A DNA stretch of 64,000 bases, taken from positions 4,255-68,254 of the forward strand of contig PEZY01000012.1 in the NCBI GenBank assembly GCA_002773855.1. Reading direction: 5' to 3'. The translations under genes and the position numbers were made by a program. Under the pieces are notes generated by a model. The model was not told the origin of the DNA, did not search any database, and saw only the letters and a program-made list of their open reading frames with translations. Within the stretch, counting starts at the first letter, position 1, and the number at the start of each line of letters is the position of its first letter. Shown piece by piece: positions 34,845 to 44,049 of this stretch. This stretch comes from Candidatus Buchananbacteria bacterium CG10_big_fil_rev_8_21_14_0_10_33_19. Its GTDB lineage: Bacteria > Patescibacteriota > Patescibacteriia > 2-01-FULL-39-33.

Positions 34845-35447
34845 ATGAAACAAGTTTTAATAATAAATGGTGGCAGTACTTTTGATTCTGATGAAGACTA
34901 TTTAGAATCTCTTAAAAATAAAGTTTTGTCATTAAATAAAATGAAGCTTCAATTAGATTGGAAAAATAGTCTGCAGGCTGATTTGGGCGATAAATATCAA
35001 GTCTTGGTGCCAAGAATGCCAAATACTAGTAATGCTAAATATAATGAATGGAAGATTTGGTTTGAAAAGACAGTCGCTATACTAAATGATAATTTTATTT
35101 TGATTGGCCATTCGTTGGGTGGAATTTTTATAGCTAAATATTTATCGGAAAATAAAATTGCTAAAAAAATTATAGCTACTATTTTAGTCGCGCCTCCACA
35201 TGGTGATATTATTGGTGGTGAAAGTCTAGGATCTTTTAATTTACTAAATGATTTAAAATTATTTGGCGAACAGGCTAGCAGTATTACAATATTTTTTAGC
35301 CGTGATGATGTCGTCGTGCCAATTGAACATATGGCAAAATATCAAAATGATTTGCCAGAGGCTAAGTATATTGTTTTTGATGACCGTGGTCATTTTAATA
35401 CGTTGGAATTTTCTGAATTAGTGGAGGAGATTAAAAGTTTAAATTAG
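34845..35447 (+). CDS. alpha/beta hydrolase, RBBP9/YdeN-like serine hydrolase
   Basis: 200 aa. Nucleophile elbow LIGHSLGG, then later D (DDVV) and H (GHF) for the triad. The size and motif spacing fit the YdeN/DUF1234-type hydrolases. Confidence 0.6.
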   Translation: MKQVLIINGGSTFDSDEDYLESLKNKVLSLNKMKLQLDWKNSLQADLGDKYQVLVPRMPNTSNAKYNEWKIWFEKTVAILNDNFILIGHSLGGIFIAKYLSENKIAKKIIATILVAPPHGDIIGGESLGSFNLLNDLKLFGEQASSITIFFSRDDVVVPIEHMAKYQNDLPEAKYIVFDDRGHFNTLEFSELVEEIKSLN

Positions 35448-35454
35448 TTATAAT

Positions 35455-35560
35455 AAAAAATCCCTAGTTAATTTAACTAGAGATTTTTTATTTGGTTTTC
35501 TAAGTCAATTATGATTTCTTTTTCAGTTTTTGATAGTTTTTGTAACTGACTTAATTTTTT
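35455..35560. repeat. duplicated ~107-nt segment (about 90% identical to 20416..20522): terminator hairpin plus a relic of the TPR gene 3' end
   Basis: AAAAAATCCCTAGTTAATTTAACTAGAGATTTTTTATTTGGTTTTCTAAGTCAATTATGATTTCTTTTTCAGTTTTTGATAGTTTTTGTAACTGACTTAATTTTTTT versus the sequence downstream of the 19668 hydrolase gene. In this copy the minus-strand TPR reading frame is not maintained as an ORF. Confidence 0.7.
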
Positions 35561-35688
35561 TAATTGTTTGGTCATGTGTAGATTATAATTGGATTTTTTT
35601 AATGTGACAATGATTAATACATATGGTAAAAATAGCCTAAAATAGTAGTATTTTCTATGCTATGTTTTATGGTAAAATAAGCCAAAAT

Positions 35689-35722
35689 TTAACACTTCAA
35701 GCATAGGTTGAAGTGTTAGAAT
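35689..35722 (+). repeat. palindromic repeat element copy 5 (AACACTTCAAGC-ATAG-GTTGAAGTGTT)
   Basis: Same hairpin family, followed 10 nt later by a TTGACA box. Confidence 0.7.
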
Positions 35723-35731
35723 ATTTTTGTC

Positions 35732-35760
35732 TTGACATTTTGTTAATTTTATGATAAATA
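35732..35760 (+). promoter_or_regulatory. sigma70-like promoter TTGACA-17-TAAATA downstream of repeat copy 5
   Basis: Read directly; it predicts a transcription start near 35767 for the gene starting at 35805 (RBS AGGGAGA). Confidence 0.45.
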
Positions 35761-35804
35761 TATTTAAGGACATTTTTAACTGCAACAGTAAAGGGAGAAC
35801 ACAA

Positions 35805-36146
35805 ATGTCAATCCTCAATACTAATAGAGCACTGTTTGACGGAAAACTAAAAGACAATAGTGTGGTAGTGACTTATCATGAAGTTAAATGTGAGTTTTGT
35901 GGCAGTAAATATAATCCGGGTATTAATGAGGATAGTGAAAAAACTGGTGCTCCAATTCTAGTCACTGATTTCGCCAACAAACAAGTATGTGCCTGTTGTT
36001 TTCCGGCTATCGAGGAATCAGTAAAAAGATTAATGCCAGATGTAATTAATTGGTATGCTAATTATTTGCAAAGGTCAAAACTTGAATTATATGATGCTAT
36101 TGCTTCTCTGAAGCCTCTTATTGCGATAAAAAACTCGTTGAGTTAA
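35805..36146 (+). CDS. hypothetical Cys-rich small protein (putative zinc ribbon)
   Basis: Preferred start at Met 35805 (MSILNTN; SD AGGGAGA 7 nt upstream) rather than the track's 35751. It has CEFCGSKY...CACCFP cysteine pairs. Confidence 0.4.
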   Translation: MSILNTNRALFDGKLKDNSVVVTYHEVKCEFCGSKYNPGINEDSEKTGAPILVTDFANKQVCACCFPAIEESVKRLMPDVINWYANYLQRSKLELYDAIASLKPLIAIKNSLS

Positions 36147-36160
36147 TAATGATCAGGAAT

Positions 36161-36197
36161 ATATCTCTCTTTCAACGTAAGGAGAGATTTTTTTATT
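36161..36197 (+). terminator. rho-independent terminator (ATCTCTC-loop-GAGAGAT-T7)
   Basis: 7-bp stem followed by TTTTTTT, 15 nt after the stop of the 35805..36146 gene. Confidence 0.6.
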
Positions 36198-36310
36198 GTT
36201 TAATTAATAGCTTGTTGTGGTTTACTGTTTATTATATAATTACCAAATAATATTAATTATATTTTTGTGTTTAATATTTAAATAAGTAAATGTTATAGTA
36301 AAATAATATA

Positions 36311-36625
36311 ATGAAAAACTCCGAAAACAATATTATTCCCTTTCCATCCAGAGAAGTTAAGCAAGAAACTATAGAGTCTGGCTCAAATTTGGATTTAAAT
36401 AATCTAACTAAAATGTTGGAGTATTTAACGGCCTTGATAAATAGTAGTGGTAAGCCCAGCACCTATAGTTTGGAATTTAAAAAAGAAATATTGGACAATA
36501 AGAATGATGAAGAATTAATAGATATTTTAAATAGCAGTAGCGAAACTAATTGGCAATCTCATCCCGCTTATTATCAGGCGTTAGTAGCTGTATTGATTAG
36601 TCGAAAGTTAATTCCCAAGTTATAA
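36311..36625 (+). CDS. hypothetical protein
   Basis: 104 aa, no motif. Immediately upstream of the GIY-YIG gene, with a 2-nt gap. Confidence 0.35.
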   Translation: MKNSENNIIPFPSREVKQETIESGSNLDLNNLTKMLEYLTALINSSGKPSTYSLEFKKEILDNKNDEELIDILNSSSETNWQSHPAYYQALVAVLISRKLIPKL

Positions 36626-36627
36626 TA

Positions 36628-36882
36628 ATGTATTACCTCTATATTTTAAAATGCACTGATCAGACACTTTATACTGGTATCACCACGGATTTGGAGCGTC
36701 GACTAAAAGAACATAATTCCTCGGCTTTGGGCGCCAAATATACTCGTGGTCGTCGGCCAACTAAATTAGTTTATAGTCAAAAATTTAAAAATCGCTCGTT
36801 AGCTCAACAGGCCGAGGCCAAAATTAAAAAATTATCACGCCTAGATAAATTGAAATTAATAAAAAGTATAGTAGCCGCCTAA
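36628..36882 (+). CDS. GIY-YIG nuclease superfamily protein (UPF0213-like)
   Basis: 84 aa. The protein starts MYYLYILKCTDQTLYTGITTDLERRLKEHN, the canonical GIY-(10-11)-YIG plus Arg/Glu/Asn core. Confidence 0.8.
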   Translation: MYYLYILKCTDQTLYTGITTDLERRLKEHNSSALGAKYTRGRRPTKLVYSQKFKNRSLAQQAEAKIKKLSRLDKLKLIKSIVAA

Positions 36883-36929
36883 ATGGCGGTTTTGTGGTAT
36901 AATTAATTGGTACAAATAATCATAAATAT

Positions 36930-37292
36930 ATGGCTTATACTAAATTAACTCCCGAGGAGGAAAGAGTAATATTACACAAGGGGACCGAAACACCGTTTAG
37001 TGGCGAGTACGAAAAACATTCTGAACAGGGCATTTATATTTGTAAGCAGTGTGGTGCTGAACTATTTAAATCTGACGACAAGTTTGATGCCCATTGTGGC
37101 TGGCCTAGTTTTGACGACGAAATTTCTGGGGCCATCTTAAAGACGCCAGATGCTGATGGTAGTCGGACGGAGATTCAATGTGCCAAATGCCAAGGTCATT
37201 TGGGGCATGTGTTTACTGGTGAAAACATGACCGAAAAAAATAAACGCTATTGTGTTAATTCTATCTCTTTGAAATTTAACGCTGTTAAGTAA
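36930..37292 (+). CDS. msrB: peptide-methionine (R)-S-oxide reductase
   Basis: 120 aa. CxxC zinc pairs (CKQCGAELF; [12 protein letters not shown]) and the catalytic RYCVNS with the CGWPSF motif. Confidence 0.9.
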   Translation: MAYTKLTPEEERVILHKGTETPFSGEYEKHSEQGIYICKQCGAELFKSDDKFDAHCGWPSFDDEISGAILKTPDADGSRTEIQCAKCQGHLGHVFTGENMTEKNKRYCVNSISLKFNAVK

Positions 37293-37310
37293 ATTTTTAA
37301 TTTTATTTAG

Positions 37311-37844
37311 ATGAAAAATAATCAAGAAATAATTTTGGGCGGCGGTTGTTTCTGGTGCACCGAGGCGGTTTTTGCTGGTATGGCAGGCGTTATCGAAACT
37401 TACCCTGGGTATAGCGGTGGCACCACTGCTAATCCAACTTATGAACAAGTATGTAGTGGCACGACTGGCCACGCCGAAGTAATGAAACTAGTTTACGATG
37501 AAGAGGTTTTGCCACCTCATAAAATATTGCAAATATTTTTTACGATGCACGATCCCACATCATTAAACAAGCAAGGTAACGATACCGGTACTCAGTATCG
37601 CTCGGTGATTTATTATACAAGCCCAGATCAACAGAAAATAATTGAAGATTTTATAGCCGAAGCAGCCAAAGATTATACCAAGCCAATTGTGACCGAGGTA
37701 AAGCCACTGGATCAGTTTTATTCAGCCGAAGACTATCATTATAATTATTTTAAAAATAATCCAGAACAAGCTTATTGTTCATTTGTCATAGCCCCCAAAG
37801 TTAAAAAAATTCAAGAAAAATTCACCCTGTCAAATAATATTTAA
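37311..37844 (+). CDS. msrA: peptide-methionine (S)-S-oxide reductase
   Basis: 177 aa. N-terminal active-site GGGCFWC, and later HDPT and QYRS motifs. Confidence 0.9.
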   Translation: MKNNQEIILGGGCFWCTEAVFAGMAGVIETYPGYSGGTTANPTYEQVCSGTTGHAEVMKLVYDEEVLPPHKILQIFFTMHDPTSLNKQGNDTGTQYRSVIYYTSPDQQKIIEDFIAEAAKDYTKPIVTEVKPLDQFYSAEDYHYNYFKNNPEQAYCSFVIAPKVKKIQEKFTLSNNI

Positions 37845-37863
37845 TAGAATAAAACTAAAAAAT

Positions 37864-38415
37864 ATGAAAAAAATAATTTTTATTAGTTTACTGGTTATTT
37901 TGGTGGTAACAGCTATTGGGTTATTAGTCTATTTTGGTAATTACAATAGCCAAAATTACAAACTAGAATTAAAATCGGTGAATACTTTTCAGGAGTGTGC
38001 AGATGCTGGCCAGCCAATTATGGAAAGCTACCCCCGACAGTGTAATTATGGTGGCAAGAATTTTGTCGAGGATATTGGCAATGAACTAGAAAAGACTAAT
38101 TTAATTAGACTAGATAATCCACGACCTAATCAAAAAATTACTAGTCCACTAGTAGTAGCTGGTGAGGCTCGGGGTAATTGGTTTTTTGAAGCTAGTTTTC
38201 CAGTTGAATTACATGATAGTAATAATAATTTGCTCGGCACTGGTATTGCCACGGCTCAAGGTGATTGGATGACTACCAATTTCGTGCCATTTTATGTGTC
38301 GATGACTTTTACAACTCCACAAACTTCAAATGGCAATTTAATTTTAAAAAAGGACAATCCATCTGGTTTACCAGAGCATGATGATCAGTTAATTGTGCCA
38401 GTTTTGTTTCAGTAA
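37864..38415 (+). CDS. hypothetical secreted/membrane-anchored protein
   Basis: 183 aa. N-terminal signal-anchor (IIFISLLVILVVTAIGLLVYF), no catalytic motif. Confidence 0.4.
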   Translation: MKKIIFISLLVILVVTAIGLLVYFGNYNSQNYKLELKSVNTFQECADAGQPIMESYPRQCNYGGKNFVEDIGNELEKTNLIRLDNPRPNQKITSPLVVAGEARGNWFFEASFPVELHDSNNNLLGTGIATAQGDWMTTNFVPFYVSMTFTTPQTSNGNLILKKDNPSGLPEHDDQLIVPVLFQ

Positions 38416-38459
38416 AATATAAGTTATAATTAATAACATAAATAATTTTTGTTAATTTT

Positions 38460-39266
38460 ATGAGTGAAAAATCAAGCAATAAAGACTATAAACCATTTAA
38501 TGATGACAATTTTGCAGGTGAAAAAGAGTATTTAGATGATTTAAAGAAACAAGAATCAGAAAGTGTAAGTGAAGAGTTTGAAAAATATGATGATGATTTG
38601 AAAGTTGGTCTTATTGAATCGATGGTTGATAAAAATAAAAATCAACCGGATTATTCTAAGCCACCAAAATTAGAATTAAAAGATATGATGAACAAAGAAG
38701 GTGAAGTCGTAGATTTTAGTAAAGCTAAAAATTATCATGAATTAATTGAAATGATTACTAGAGAAGGTACTATCTCTAATCAATTGGGCCAGGAATTGCC
38801 AGCTGAGTCAGTAATTAATTTAATTTATAAATTAACTTATCAAGATTTAAAAAAGCATCAAAAGGAGGACTGGACCAATATTACTTTGCGTCATAAATTG
38901 CGTGAAACAGTAGCTAAATTAATTTATGAATATAAGAAAACTGATGAGTATAAAACTTTAATGAATGTTGATTTGAGTGGCGCCAGTAGTATTGAGGCAG
39001 TATTAGATATCGTAGATCAACAACAAGAATTAATTGATGCACAAGGTAATCACGTAGAGCCAGAAATTATACTTGATAATATTAAAGAGGGCAGGCTACA
39101 TTTGTTGCCAGAGCCGATTAGGTTTAAAGTTATAGAAATTAATAGACGAAATAATGAGCAAGAGATGATAGATAATGAAAAAAATAAATCAACTAGTAAA
39201 TCCGGCTCATCGTTGTTTGGACGTTTAGGTAGGGCTCTATCTCAATTAAAATTCTGGGGTAAATAA
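38460..39266 (+). CDS. hypothetical acidic protein
   Basis: 268 aa, D/E/K-rich, no motif. Confidence 0.35.
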   Translation: MSEKSSNKDYKPFNDDNFAGEKEYLDDLKKQESESVSEEFEKYDDDLKVGLIESMVDKNKNQPDYSKPPKLELKDMMNKEGEVVDFSKAKNYHELIEMITREGTISNQLGQELPAESVINLIYKLTYQDLKKHQKEDWTNITLRHKLRETVAKLIYEYKKTDEYKTLMNVDLSGASSIEAVLDIVDQQQELIDAQGNHVEPEIILDNIKEGRLHLLPEPIRFKVIEINRRNNEQEMIDNEKNKSTSKSGSSLFGRLGRALSQLKFWGK

Positions 39267-39320
39267 ATTTATTAATCAAAAAACCACTAAAGTTATTAGT
39301 GGTTTTTTGGCGGCCTTATT

Positions 39321-40916
39321 TTAATTTCTGCCCAAGATGATTAGGAAATTAGCTTTAGAGGTAATAGTAATTGGCAACAGAGTGGTAATTTTAACACCAT
39401 AAGTTTTAGCTAGTTCGTCAGCAGTGCCAGGATTTTTGCCATTAGATAAATCGTAAATAATAGTTTTTTCATAGTCATGATTGTCAGCATTGCCAGTGCT
39501 AATTACATCTAGACCCTTCTTTTCTAATTGAGTTTGTTGTTGTCCAGCATAACCAGTTATCCAAGTGCCGTTTTGAATTTCGATAGTGGCGCTTTCATTT
39601 TGGTAATCATTACTACTGCTAACTGGCAAAGTATTTGTTACTTCGGTTTCTACTGCTTCTGCAGTTTTTGTGGTGTTATTAATTTTATCTTCTAAAACAG
39701 TTGGCTTAATGTCACCTTTAATAATCAGTTCAGCGCCCTCACTATAGAAAATATTTTTCCATAGGGCTTTAATAGCCGCAAAATTACCATCGTTGGGAAT
39801 TAAAACATAAGCCCCATTAACAATTTGGGAATGAACTAAGCCACCTGATGCATCAGATAGAGTATGACTAATTATTTTACTAGTATCAATATCTTTAGAC
39901 ATTTGAGCTAGCTTTAATAATTGCCAAATTTCTAAATTAGTATCAATGTGGTCGTTGTAGGCACTAAGGAGGCTGTTTATTTTTTTAGGATTTAAAATAG
40001 TATCAACGGTAAAAATCTTTTCTTTTAAGGCGGATAAAATCTTTTGTTGTCTTTTAGATCTAGCAAAATCAGAACCCTCTCCACCTAAAGCGTGACGTGA
40101 CCGGGCATATTTTAGGGCGAGCGCTCCATCCATATGTTGTTGGCCTTGTTTGATGTTTAAGGTTTCGTAGCGATTTTCGATAGGGAAAATATCTTCTTTA
40201 CCACGAGTAGGGTATTCATAATCAATTAAATCTCTTTCTACATAAATATCAACTCCACCAAATTCATCAATTAATCTTTCAAAGCCAGAAAAATCAACAG
40301 TGACATAATAGGCTATGTTGGTTTCTAGGAGATCGTTTATAGCGTTAATCATTTCACCGCCACCGCTACCCTCGGCTTTTCTTTCGGCGTAGGCGTTAAT
40401 GGCGTTAATTTTTGTCCAATCGTAGCTGCTAGTTTTAATACTGAGGTCTCGAGGGATAGACAGCATCGCTACTTGATTGGCGCTAGGTTTTAAAGAACCA
40501 AGAATTATAGTATCGGCTAGGGTGCCACCTTCATGGCCTTTACCGCCAATGCCAATTAGTAAAATATTAATACGGTCTTCTGGTTCACCAACTAGTTCTT
40601 TGCTACCGGAACCAATTAATTTACCCATTTGTTGGAGTAGATTTAGTTTGGATAGGTTTCTGACTAAATTCTCATCAGAAAAAACTATTGAAGAAGAAAA
40701 AACTGCCAAGCAGATTATTATGACTATAACTATGCTGGCAATTAATTTTTTGATATTATATTTTCTTTTTGGCCTATAGTGTTTTGTTGGTTCAGTGTTT
40801 ATTGAGGTTTCAGCGGTTTTTATGTCCTCTTTGTTTTCTTCTGATAATAGGTTAACCTTGACTTTTTCCATTATTTTTTGTAAATTAAGTTTTCTTGTAT
40901 GTATTAATTCAAACAC
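39321..40916 (-). CDS. LytR-CpsA-Psr (LCP) family cell-envelope phosphotransferase with C-terminal LytR_C-like domain
   Basis: 531 aa. N-terminal TM, and the LCP core INILLIGIGGKGHEGGTLADTIILGSL...MLSIPRDL...GGGE... . The C-terminal extension resembles the LytR C-terminal attenuator domain. Confidence 0.75.
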   Translation of the reverse strand: MFELIHTRKLNLQKIMEKVKVNLLSEENKEDIKTAETSINTEPTKHYRPKRKYNIKKLIASIVIVIIICLAVFSSSIVFSDENLVRNLSKLNLLQQMGKLIGSGSKELVGEPEDRINILLIGIGGKGHEGGTLADTIILGSLKPSANQVAMLSIPRDLSIKTSSYDWTKINAINAYAERKAEGSGGGEMINAINDLLETNIAYYVTVDFSGFERLIDEFGGVDIYVERDLIDYEYPTRGKEDIFPIENRYETLNIKQGQQHMDGALALKYARSRHALGGEGSDFARSKRQQKILSALKEKIFTVDTILNPKKINSLLSAYNDHIDTNLEIWQLLKLAQMSKDIDTSKIISHTLSDASGGLVHSQIVNGAYVLIPNDGNFAAIKALWKNIFYSEGAELIIKGDIKPTVLEDKINNTTKTAEAVETEVTNTLPVSSSNDYQNESATIEIQNGTWITGYAGQQQTQLEKKGLDVISTGNADNHDYEKTIIYDLSNGKNPGTADELAKTYGVKITTLLPITITSKANFLIILGRN

Positions 40917-41031
40917 ATCTTTTATTGTAGTTGATTAGTTGATATTTGACAAGGTTTTGTGTTATAACAAAACTTGTAAAATATCGTTTTAACTGCTATA
41001 ATTTCACTATTAATAGTTTAGATTAAAATCA

Positions 41032-41664
41032 GTGGATAATTTTTCAGATTACAATTCAAGTATGGGTCAGTATTCATTTGGTGAACCACCCAAAAGTCGT
41101 TTAAAGAAAACTTTAGAGTTTGTTTGGGAGATGACCAAAATCACTTGTATCTCTTTGGTAATCATATTACCAATCAGATATTTTTTGATTCAGCCTTTTT
41201 ATGTTAAAGGAGCTTCCATGGAGCCAAATTTTTATGACCATGAATACTTAATTATTGATGAAATCACTTATCGTTTTAACGAGCCTAAGCGTGGTGATAT
41301 TATAGTGTTTAAATATCCTAAAGATCCTAGACAATTTTTTATTAAAAGAGTGATTGGTTTACCTGGTGAAACTGTTAAAATTAAAGATGGTTTGATTTTT
41401 ATTACTTCAGTTGACGGTCAGGAGAATGTTTTATCAGAAGATTATTTGCCTAGTGATATTGAAAATGTATTACCAGTTAGTGGTTATGGCGAGGTGGTTT
41501 TAAATAATGATGAATATTATTTGATGGGTGATAACCGTGATCAAAGTTTGGATTCACGAGTTTTCGGTCCAGTAAAGGCTGACTACATTATTGGTCGGAC
41601 TTGGCTACGCGGTTGGCCGTTTAATCGGTTGACTTTATTTAATACTCCAGAGTACGGATTTTAA
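41032..41664 (+). CDS. lepB: signal peptidase I
   Basis: 210 aa. Box B GASMEPNF (catalytic Ser), box D KRVIGLPGE (catalytic Lys), box E GDNRDQSLDSRVFG. Confidence 0.85.
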   Translation: MDNFSDYNSSMGQYSFGEPPKSRLKKTLEFVWEMTKITCISLVIILPIRYFLIQPFYVKGASMEPNFYDHEYLIIDEITYRFNEPKRGDIIVFKYPKDPRQFFIKRVIGLPGETVKIKDGLIFITSVDGQENVLSEDYLPSDIENVLPVSGYGEVVLNNDEYYLMGDNRDQSLDSRVFGPVKADYIIGRTWLRGWPFNRLTLFNTPEYGF

Positions 41665-41691
41665 TTATAAATATATCAACACAATTACAGT

Positions 41692-43191
41692 ATGCCTAAG
41701 AAAAAAGTAGTGATCACTAAAAAAACTGACAAGCCAGCCGAAAAAAAAGTGGCCAAGGAAGTTAAAAAAACCAAAAGATCTAAAAAAGATTTGATTACCG
41801 TTACCGGTATGCGTGATATTTTGCCTCAAGATCAGAGGTATTGGGAAAAAGTTCGCGCAGTAGCTAAACAAATTTCTAAGGACTATGGCTATGATCGAAT
41901 TGATACGCCAATTTTGGAGTACGCAGATTTATTTACTAGAGGTATTGGTTCACAAACTGATGTGGTTGAAAAAGAAATGTTTGCTTTTACCGATCAGGGT
42001 GGTGACGATTTAGCTTTGCGGCCAGAAGGCACTGCTTCGGTAGTTAGAGCTTATATTCAGCATGGCATGTTAAATAATACCCAGCCAGTAAAATTTTTTT
42101 ACATGGGGCCATTGTTTAGACACGAAAAGCCTCAGTCTGGCCGATACAGACAGTTTTTCCAATTTGGTTTTGAAGCCATTGGTGAAGATAATCCAGCCTT
42201 AGATGCCCAGTTGATTTTAATGGGTTGGAATGCTTTAAATGATTTGGGTATTGAATCAGTAATCCAGGTTAACAGTATTGGTTGTCGTGATTGTCGAGAA
42301 GAATACAAAAAGGCTTTGGTTAAATATTATAAAACCAAATCTAAATCATTGTGTGAAAGTTGTAAGACTAGAATTTCTAAAAATCCTCTAAGATTGTTAG
42401 ACTGTAAGGAAGATAGTTGTAAGGAAATTAAAAAAGACGCTCCACAGATATTGGATTATTTAGACAATAATTGTAAGGATCATTTTATGAAAGTAATTGG
42501 TTATTTAGATGAACTCGATTTGCCTTATGTGCTTAGTCCGTTTACAGTTAGAGGCTTGGATTATTATACTAGAACTATATTTGAATACTGGGCTGTTGAT
42601 GATAGTGAAGGTAAAAACGCCTTAGGTGGTGGTGGCAGGTATGATAGTCTGGTGAAAATATTAGGCGGCCGTGAAGAAACTCCAGCTTGTGGCTTGGCAA
42701 TGGGTGTTGATAGAATTGTGGCTAAAATGCGAGAAAAAAATATAGAAGTTGCTGAAGAAAGAATTGATGTTTTTGTAGCTCAGCTGGGCGATGCGGCTAA
42801 AAAGAAAGCTATGGTGATGTATGAGACTCTCAGAAAAAATGGTAGCTTTACAGTGTCTCAGGCTTTTCATAAGGATAGTTTAAAAAAGCAGTTGGAAATT
42901 GCCAATAAAATGCGAGTTAAGTTTACAGTGATTATTGGTCAAAAAGAAGTTGGCGATGGCACTATTATGCTAAGAGATATGCAGGGTGGTGTTCAGGAGG
43001 TGATTGATTTTAATAAAATAGAAAGAGAGTTAAAAAAACGGTTAGAAAAGTATCGCGAAGGCGCAGTTATCGACTTAACTCAAGGTGAAGAAAATAATAA
43101 TAAAATGTCTGGCAATGTTTCTGGTGGCATTAATGAAAATGAAGAAAAAAATGAAGAAATAGAAGCAACAGAGAGATTGGACTTAGAATAA
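41692..43191 (+). CDS. hisS: histidine--tRNA ligase with a lysine-rich N-terminal extension and a Cys-rich insertion
   Basis: 499 aa. Class II motifs are present (GMRDILP; FAFTDQGGDDLALRPEGTA; GGGGRYD). About 35 extra basic residues precede the conserved GMRD start (MPKKKVVITKKTDKPAEKKVAKEVKKTKRSKKD). Confidence 0.9.
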   Translation: MPKKKVVITKKTDKPAEKKVAKEVKKTKRSKKDLITVTGMRDILPQDQRYWEKVRAVAKQISKDYGYDRIDTPILEYADLFTRGIGSQTDVVEKEMFAFTDQGGDDLALRPEGTASVVRAYIQHGMLNNTQPVKFFYMGPLFRHEKPQSGRYRQFFQFGFEAIGEDNPALDAQLILMGWNALNDLGIESVIQVNSIGCRDCREEYKKALVKYYKTKSKSLCESCKTRISKNPLRLLDCKEDSCKEIKKDAPQILDYLDNNCKDHFMKVIGYLDELDLPYVLSPFTVRGLDYYTRTIFEYWAVDDSEGKNALGGGGRYDSLVKILGGREETPACGLAMGVDRIVAKMREKNIEVAEERIDVFVAQLGDAAKKKAMVMYETLRKNGSFTVSQAFHKDSLKKQLEIANKMRVKFTVIIGQKEVGDGTIMLRDMQGGVQEVIDFNKIERELKKRLEKYREGAVIDLTQGEENNNKMSGNVSGGINENEEKNEEIEATERLDLE

Positions 43192-43250
43192 TAATAAATA
43201 ATAAGTTATAATTAGTATAATATAACTCATAGAAAGCGAGGTGAAACCCA

Positions 43251-43487
43251 GTGGCGGAAGTTAAAAGAAAAAAAGGTGAAACATTTGAAGCTTTAGTTAG
43301 AAGATTCAGTAAGAAGATTCAACAAAGTGGACGATTGATTCAATCAAGAAAAATTAGATATTACGAACCAAAAAAGAATAAAACAGCTGTTAGATCAGCA
43401 GCTTCTCGAAGAGAAGAAATATCTGAAAAAAGAGAATATTTAAAGAAAATCGGCAAACTAGTTGATGAAAGAGATAAGAGAAGATAA
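43251..43487 (+). CDS. rpsU: 30S ribosomal protein bS21, GTG start
   Basis: 78 aa. MAEVKRKKGETFEALVRRFSKKIQQSGRLIQSRKIRYYEPKKNK is the bS21 signature. SD GAGGTG lies 8 nt upstream of the GTG at 43251. Confidence 0.85.
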   Translation: MAEVKRKKGETFEALVRRFSKKIQQSGRLIQSRKIRYYEPKKNKTAVRSAASRREEISEKREYLKKIGKLVDERDKRR

Positions 43488-43563
43488 TCAAGTTTGTAGA
43501 GCATATTAGGCTGAGAAAATGTTTTTCAGCCTCATAGCCTTATAAGTTTAATTAGTAATTACC

Positions 43564-44022
43564 ATGTCCTTAGCCGAACAAATTAATCAAGATTTTTTAG
43601 TAGCGTTTAAAAGTAAAAATAGTGATGTGGTGGCTGTTTTGCGTATGCTTAAATCATCATTGACTAATAAAGAAATTGAAAAAAAATTACCCAAGAGTGA
43701 AGCTTTGTCTGATGATGATGTAATAGCTATTATAAAATCAGAAATTAAAAAAAGAAAAGATTCTTATACATCATATACTGAAGCTAATAGAAATGATCTA
43801 GCCGAAAAAGAAGAACAGGAAATTAAAATTTTAGAAAAATATTTACCAGAGCAGATGTCCGATGATCAGATAAAAGATATTGTTTTACAAGTTGTCACAG
43901 AAACCGGCGCCAGTAGTCCAGCTGATTTTGGTAAAGTGATGGGAGCAGTTATGGCCCAAACTAAAAATCAGGCCGATGGTCAATTAGTATCTAGTCTAGT
44001 GAAGGCAGTACTAGCCAAATAA
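43564..44022 (+). CDS. GatB/YqeY domain protein
   Basis: 152 aa. The protein starts MSLAEQINQDFLVAFKSKNSDVVAVLRMLKSSL..., the YqeY family pattern. This gene is commonly linked to rpsU. Confidence 0.8.
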   Translation: MSLAEQINQDFLVAFKSKNSDVVAVLRMLKSSLTNKEIEKKLPKSEALSDDDVIAIIKSEIKKRKDSYTSYTEANRNDLAEKEEQEIKILEKYLPEQMSDDQIKDIVLQVVTETGASSPADFGKVMGAVMAQTKNQADGQLVSSLVKAVLAK

Positions 44023-44049
44023 CAAGAACTAAATAAATTAACATGCTTT

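Noticed and set aside
43520-43545. Hairpin AGGCTGA-gaaaatgtttt-TCAGCCT downstream of rpsU as a terminator
   Set aside because: The stem is good, but it is followed by CATAGCC rather than a T-run. It may be an RNA structure or a Rho-dependent site, and the evidence is insufficient to call it a terminator.
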